Origin: Bigelowiella natans CCMP2755
Lineage: Eukaryota > Protista > Cercozoa
Assembly: GCA_000320545.1 (NCBI GenBank)
Contig: ADNK01001780.1
Location: 20,440 to 84,439, forward strand
Length of the DNA stretch: 64,000 nucleotides
Reading direction: 5' to 3'
The notes beneath the pieces were generated by a model. It was not told where the DNA came from, searched no databases, and saw nothing but the letters and a program-made list of their open reading frames with translations. Made by a program: the position numbers and the translations under genes. Below are positions 59,014 through 64,000 of the stretch, piece by piece; positions within the stretch are counted from its first letter, which is position 1, and the number at the start of each line of letters is the position of its first letter.

Positions 59014-60814
59014 ATGTCTAAGAGTAAGTCCTCACCCGGCCTCAACATCTCCCTCCGCCATGAGGGTTTTGAGTTCAAGGCCTAATTTCCTCCTTTCCTA
59101 ATCAGGTCCCGATGCCAAGAAGATAGAGGGGATAGTCAGCAAATTCATGGCTGACCCCGCTTTGAAAGAGGTGGGATCAGCGCGGAAAAATAGTTTGATT
59201 CATGCTAAAATTCCTTCATTCCTTGTCGCAGGAGGCAAAGCAGATTGATGTGGTCTTGGAAAGCGTAAAGGATCTTTACAAAAAGAAGGTCTTAGTTCGA
59301 CAAGAAAATACATGTCTGTGAATTGACTAACAGAGAGGGGACTGGTCCATAATGTTCATCCTAATGCGTTTTCCTAAAGCTAAACACCCAAACTGTGTTA
59401 TTCTTGTGACTATCTCTCAGCTGAAACCTTTGGAAAAAGCCTATAGATTCGGCGAATTTTACTCGCCAATGCTTACTGATGCGGTTAGACACAAAAAGGA
59501 ACACACAGAGAATTGAATTCGTACAATCCAATATCTTGCTGTTCTAGTGAAAAGCAGTCGCATTTATGCGCCAAATTTGTATTCTGAACAAACAATAGTT
59601 CGCATTCTGACAAAAGTTTACCTGCGGGTGTTTGTTTTTAAATTATGCGTTACGATATCTAATGTATGGAAATTGGCAGGATTTTGATGCCGCCCCGATG
59701 GTGCTGCTATTGGGACAATGTAACGATCTTTTTTCAATAATGCGGGATTCCTTCCTTCGGGAGCCTGGAACCGTCACGCAATGAATATTTTTGACATCCG
59801 AACGCAATGAATATTTTTGACATCCGAACGAATACATTACCCTGAGGGAAGCGAGGAGTACTAGATCGATCCTTTCTGTATTGCGAAGTTTAGCCGCGGA
59901 GTAGGACAGAATGATCAGCGTTTTCTTCACTTTTGACATCATTTTTGTAATTTCATATTATTGAGTAAATCGGCACTAATTCACTATTGTATCACTATAG
60001 AGTTAATCGTAGTTTTAATATTTTGCCTCTCTTCCATTCTCTCATCGTCGCTGTGCCACTGCGGTCCTCCCCCCCCCTTCTCGGTGCTTAGACTCTGTCG
60101 GGAAAACGACGTTCATTAAGTACCTTCTTGAACGAGATTTTCCAGGTCACCGGATGTAACTGCAACAGCATCACCATGCACACAATATGCACGCATATAA
60201 GCGTGCTGCTGCTGGAAGCTATGAGAATATGCAGCTCCTGAGCTTGCAGCGACCTTTCTTTCTCTCATCGTAATCATTTACCGTATTGATTAAGATCAAC
60301 TTGAGGACATGTCATTAAGATTCGGTGATATTTTTCAACTCGATACTATAGAGCTGAGGCGCAAAGCAAATATCGATGTCCTGCCCTTTTCACACTAGTT
60401 CATCAATTTTTTGAAAGTCTTCTTTTGTTACCCGCTACTCAGGGATGAGGATAGGCCCTGAACCAACAACAGACCGCTTCATGGCCATTATGCATGGCAA
60501 TGTAAGTAGCGGTGGTGGTGGTGGTAGTGGTAATTATGGTAAAATGATATCAAACAAGCGATGGATGGTAGCCTGTTTATCATGGAGAGCAATTGCGAGA
60601 GGTTCCAGGAGAAGACACCGATTTATGTAAAGCCTAGCAAAAGTGGTGACGATTTGTTGGTACTGTTTTGAGGCGATTTGTCTTTGTTTTTAAAGGCGGA
60701 AAGGCAAATACCCGGGAATGCCCTGGCTGCAGACGCGGACAAGCCTTTCCAGGTGTAGCATCTATATTTTATATATGTTGTATATATTCTTGGACACTTA
60801 CGTGAGTGTGGTGT

Positions 60815-60853
<39 letters not shown>

Positions 60854-61994
60854 ATATCAGCTGCTGTATTGAATGATAATAAGATCCACCAAGTCAGTTA
60901 AGCCGTCTTTGGCATCATTTTGAAATGTAGATGATGGATGTTGTATGCAGGGGCTGAACAAGTTCGGCGTATCGTTCCTCAATCACATCGAGTGCGCAGA
61001 GCTACAGTCGCCCATTCTCAAGAAAATCACCATGATAGACACGCCGGGAGTGCTTGCAGGTAATGATAGGCCCACTGACGAACTACCCGATAGAATGAAT
61101 GATGATACTTTGAGGAGGAGGAGGAGGAGGAGGAGGAGGAGCCAAAAGAAGATGCAAAGGAAGGAGAGGAAGGAAGAGATATACCAAAACTACCGCGCGA
61201 CTTCTGTTTCTTATTCTTTTGTTTACCATACATATGAGAGGAGACGAGCCACTGCGTAGCGGTTGGCTGCTGCTGCAGCAGTATTGCGCCCCAGATAGAT
61301 GACCAGCACTAACCCCCTCTCACCTCCCCTCCCCCCCCCCATTAATTATTTATGCGCAAACGACGCGACAACACAATAAATAGGAGAGAAGCAGCGCGTG
61401 GGCCGCGCATACGACTTCCCGCGCGTGATCGAGTGGTTTTCGCAGAGATGCGACCGCATTCTAATCCTATTCGACGCACACAAGCTGGACGTCTCGGATG
61501 AGATGAAGCGCGTCATTGAAGTCCTCAAGAACAGGTGCTGCGGCGCGCGCGAGCGTGGGTGGGTTGGGGATAGTTGATGTGTGAGAAGACTGGAATCTAC
61601 CCTGGTCGCCGAACGATCAGCCGAGCGACAAAGAACGAGGGGTTATGGGAGGGGGGGGGGGTCCTTTTCCTTGTCGTTGCCTTGTCGTTGCAGGTTGTCC
61701 ATTTCTGAACGCTGTCGTGCTCTGCTGCTGCTGCTGCTGCTGCTTGCTCTATTGTCGTTGTTCTTGTTGCTTCGATTTTCGGTGACGGCGTTGGATTGCG
61801 GGGGTATGATTCGCCAACAACAGCGACAACGTTCGTGTAGTTCTGAACAAAGCAGACCAGGTGAATAGCCAGCAGCTGATGAGGGTCTACGGCGCTCTCA
61901 TGTGGTCTCTTGGAAAGGTGGTGTTGTTACACAGCAATGCTGCAGACGAAGAAAACGACGACGAGGCAGCACGCATGAATGGCATCGATGTGTT

Positions 61995-62028
<34 letters not shown>

Positions 62029-62260
62029 TGTAGTAGTAGTATAAGTAGAAATGATGATGACGAGCAATAACCGCTGATAACATGGAATAGAGAATTTTGC
62101 CCTCAGTGGCGTGTTTCGTGAAAGCATGTTTCTCGTGTCTTTTAGTTAAAAGTGAGTGTAAGTAAGTGTGTGTGTGTGTGTGTTCAGGTTTTCCAACGCC
62201 CAGAGGTTCTACGTGTGTACATCGGTCATACGCTCGCTCCCCTCCCCCTTCTTCTATTCC

Positions 62261-62296
<36 letters not shown>

Positions 62297-64000
62297 AATG
62301 ATGACCATGCTCTCTCAAATTCCCAATTCGTGCAAACGGTGTTTCACCATGCTGATTACTTGGAGGATTGAAGGGATCGGCCTTTGTTCGGTGTCGTGTT
62401 GGACGACCTCAACCAGCATCACCATCGTCATTCTTCTTCTTCTTCTTCTTCTTCTACTGTACTTTTCCTTCTTCACCCTCCGTTCTTTAGGTAGTTTCTG
62501 GGATGAGCCTTATAAGAACACGGAGAATGTGCCCCTCTTCCAGAGGGAAAGGGAAGACCTTCTGAATGACCTTCGATCCCTTCCGAGAAACTCCACGCTG
62601 AGAAAGGTTGCCCCCCCCCCCCCCCCCTAGCTGTGTGCATCATAGCTGAGAACAGCACGTCTTGGCCCCTTCCTTGATGATAATTCAAAGATGGTGATGA
62701 GTGGTATGGCTGCGCGCTCTGTGTTATCTCTCTCCTGTTCCTCGCCGCGGCCTCCTTTTTCCTCATCTTCTTTCTCATCGTTTTGCCCTGACGTTGTTGC
62801 CGCGGTGTTCCCCTTCTTCTTCTTGCTCCCCTCCCTGTTATTCGATCTTCGGGCTACATGATGAAACCAGATCAACGAGCTCGTGAAAAGGACACGGTAT
62901 TCCAAAGTCCATGCCTACATCTGCAACCATCTTAGGTACTAGTTGTTTGTTGTTGCGGAGCAGATAATACCGCTCTTGCTGCTGTAGAAGCGTGTTGTAG
63001 CTGATGATGCTATGGCTGCTGCTGGTGGTGGTGGCGGTGGTGGTAGTAGTAGTAGTAGTAGTCACTTGTGTTAGTACAAGAATAAAATATAGAGAGTGAG
63101 AGAGGGAGAGTACCGAGTGAATATGGATTATAGCGGTAGCGTTGCGGAGAGTAGCATCAAGCGAGAGGTCACGAAGTCAGTCCGCCGGCCTTGCAATGAA
63201 ACAGCGTGCCTACCGATCCATTTTCCTCTTCTCTTCCTTTCATTAGGAATCAATTTGGCCTGTTTTATAAGCAAAGTAAGCAAGAGAAGCTGCTCAAGGT
63301 GTGCTCTCTTCAATCTCCTCTCCCCCCCCTCCCCCCTTCGTTCCTGCCTTCTCCCCGGTCCCTTTCCCACTCTTCAGTGAGGTTTCGCAAGGGCAGATGA
63401 TCATATTATAATTTCCCATTATTTATAGATATTTATAATCTTCAGGGCATGCTTGGCGAGTTCAAGACTGTTTCCAAGCAGCACGGCCTAGCGGTCTGTT
63501 GTAGTAGTAGCAGCAGTAGCAGTAGTAGTAGTAGTAGTAGGAGGAGGAGGAGGAGGAGGAGGAGGAGGAGGAGCAACAACAGTACTACTACTAGAAGTGG
63601 TTTGATGAAGGAGGAGGAATCTCTGCATTCTGGTGTTAGATAGTAGCATCGTCGAAGCAGTAGCGTTGTTACCGTCCCTATCCCCTTTCTCATCTCTCCA
63701 TTCTTGTAGTCACCACTCCAGGATCATCAACCATCATCATTGCTATTGCTGCTGCTGCTGTTGTTTGTTGTTGTATGTTGTTGAATTAACCCGGTGATTT
63801 CCCCCGACGTGAATTCGCTTTCCGCAGCTCGCTCGAGCGGCTTTGAAATCCTGGAAATTTTCCCAAGCTGTAAGGGCATAGGAAATATAAAATATTTGAA
63901 ATATATATATATATATATATATATAAATATTATTATATTTATTTTTAAATTTATTCTCCTCAGGGGTATAAATCCATATGGACCGGCACACCGCCACCGA
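59014..64000 (+). CDS. EHD: EHD (Eps15-homology-domain) dynamin-like ATPase; multi-exon, continues past the window end
   Basis: Spliced motifs: [31 protein letters not shown]|[45 protein letters not shown]|[71 protein letters not shown]. Confidence 0.96.
59777..59830. repeat. Perfect 26-bp tandem duplication in an EHD intron
   Basis: cgcaatgaatatttttgacatccgaa occurs twice in direct tandem. Confidence 0.9.

Noticed and set aside
59643-59942. 99-aa minus-strand ORF nested in an EHD intron
   Set aside because: It overlaps an EHD exon and a tandem duplication and shows no protein-like motifs.

Overview
Gene-dense, intron-rich eukaryotic nuclear DNA from a protist, probably an alga with a secondary plastid. 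A chlorarachniophyte-like host is plausible because one gene has a signal-plus-transit leader, but the taxon is not proven. Manual GT-AG splicing gives 17 protein genes of moderate to high confidence: DNAJC22-like, sulfite oxidase, a hotdog thioesterase, a PI-synthase-like enzyme, Aurora kinase, a CDK9-like kinase, a degenerate Rab-like protein, an orphan 7TM protein, a small CxxC protein, a TMEM65-GAF/EF-hand fusion, a TRFH-like protein, YjbQ, Bet1, an M50-like protein, a GH3 beta-xylosidase, eIF5B and EHD. Two further candidate coding regions are unresolved. Genes sit almost entirely as head-to-head pairs with short shared promoters, and their 3' ends converge on spacers rich in short palindromes and purine/pyrimidine alternation. 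The most unusual items are (1) TMEM65 fused to a GAF domain with two EF-hands inserted inside it, (2) a TRF-homology-like domain joined to a Tudor-like barrel rather than a Myb domain, (3) eIF5B with three tandem SAM-like repeats, and (4) two apparent pseudoenzymes. I found no rRNA, tRNA, CRISPR array or recognisable transposon. All domain calls are by-eye motif matches from memory, not database searches. Exon boundaries are manual and some gene ends are approximate.
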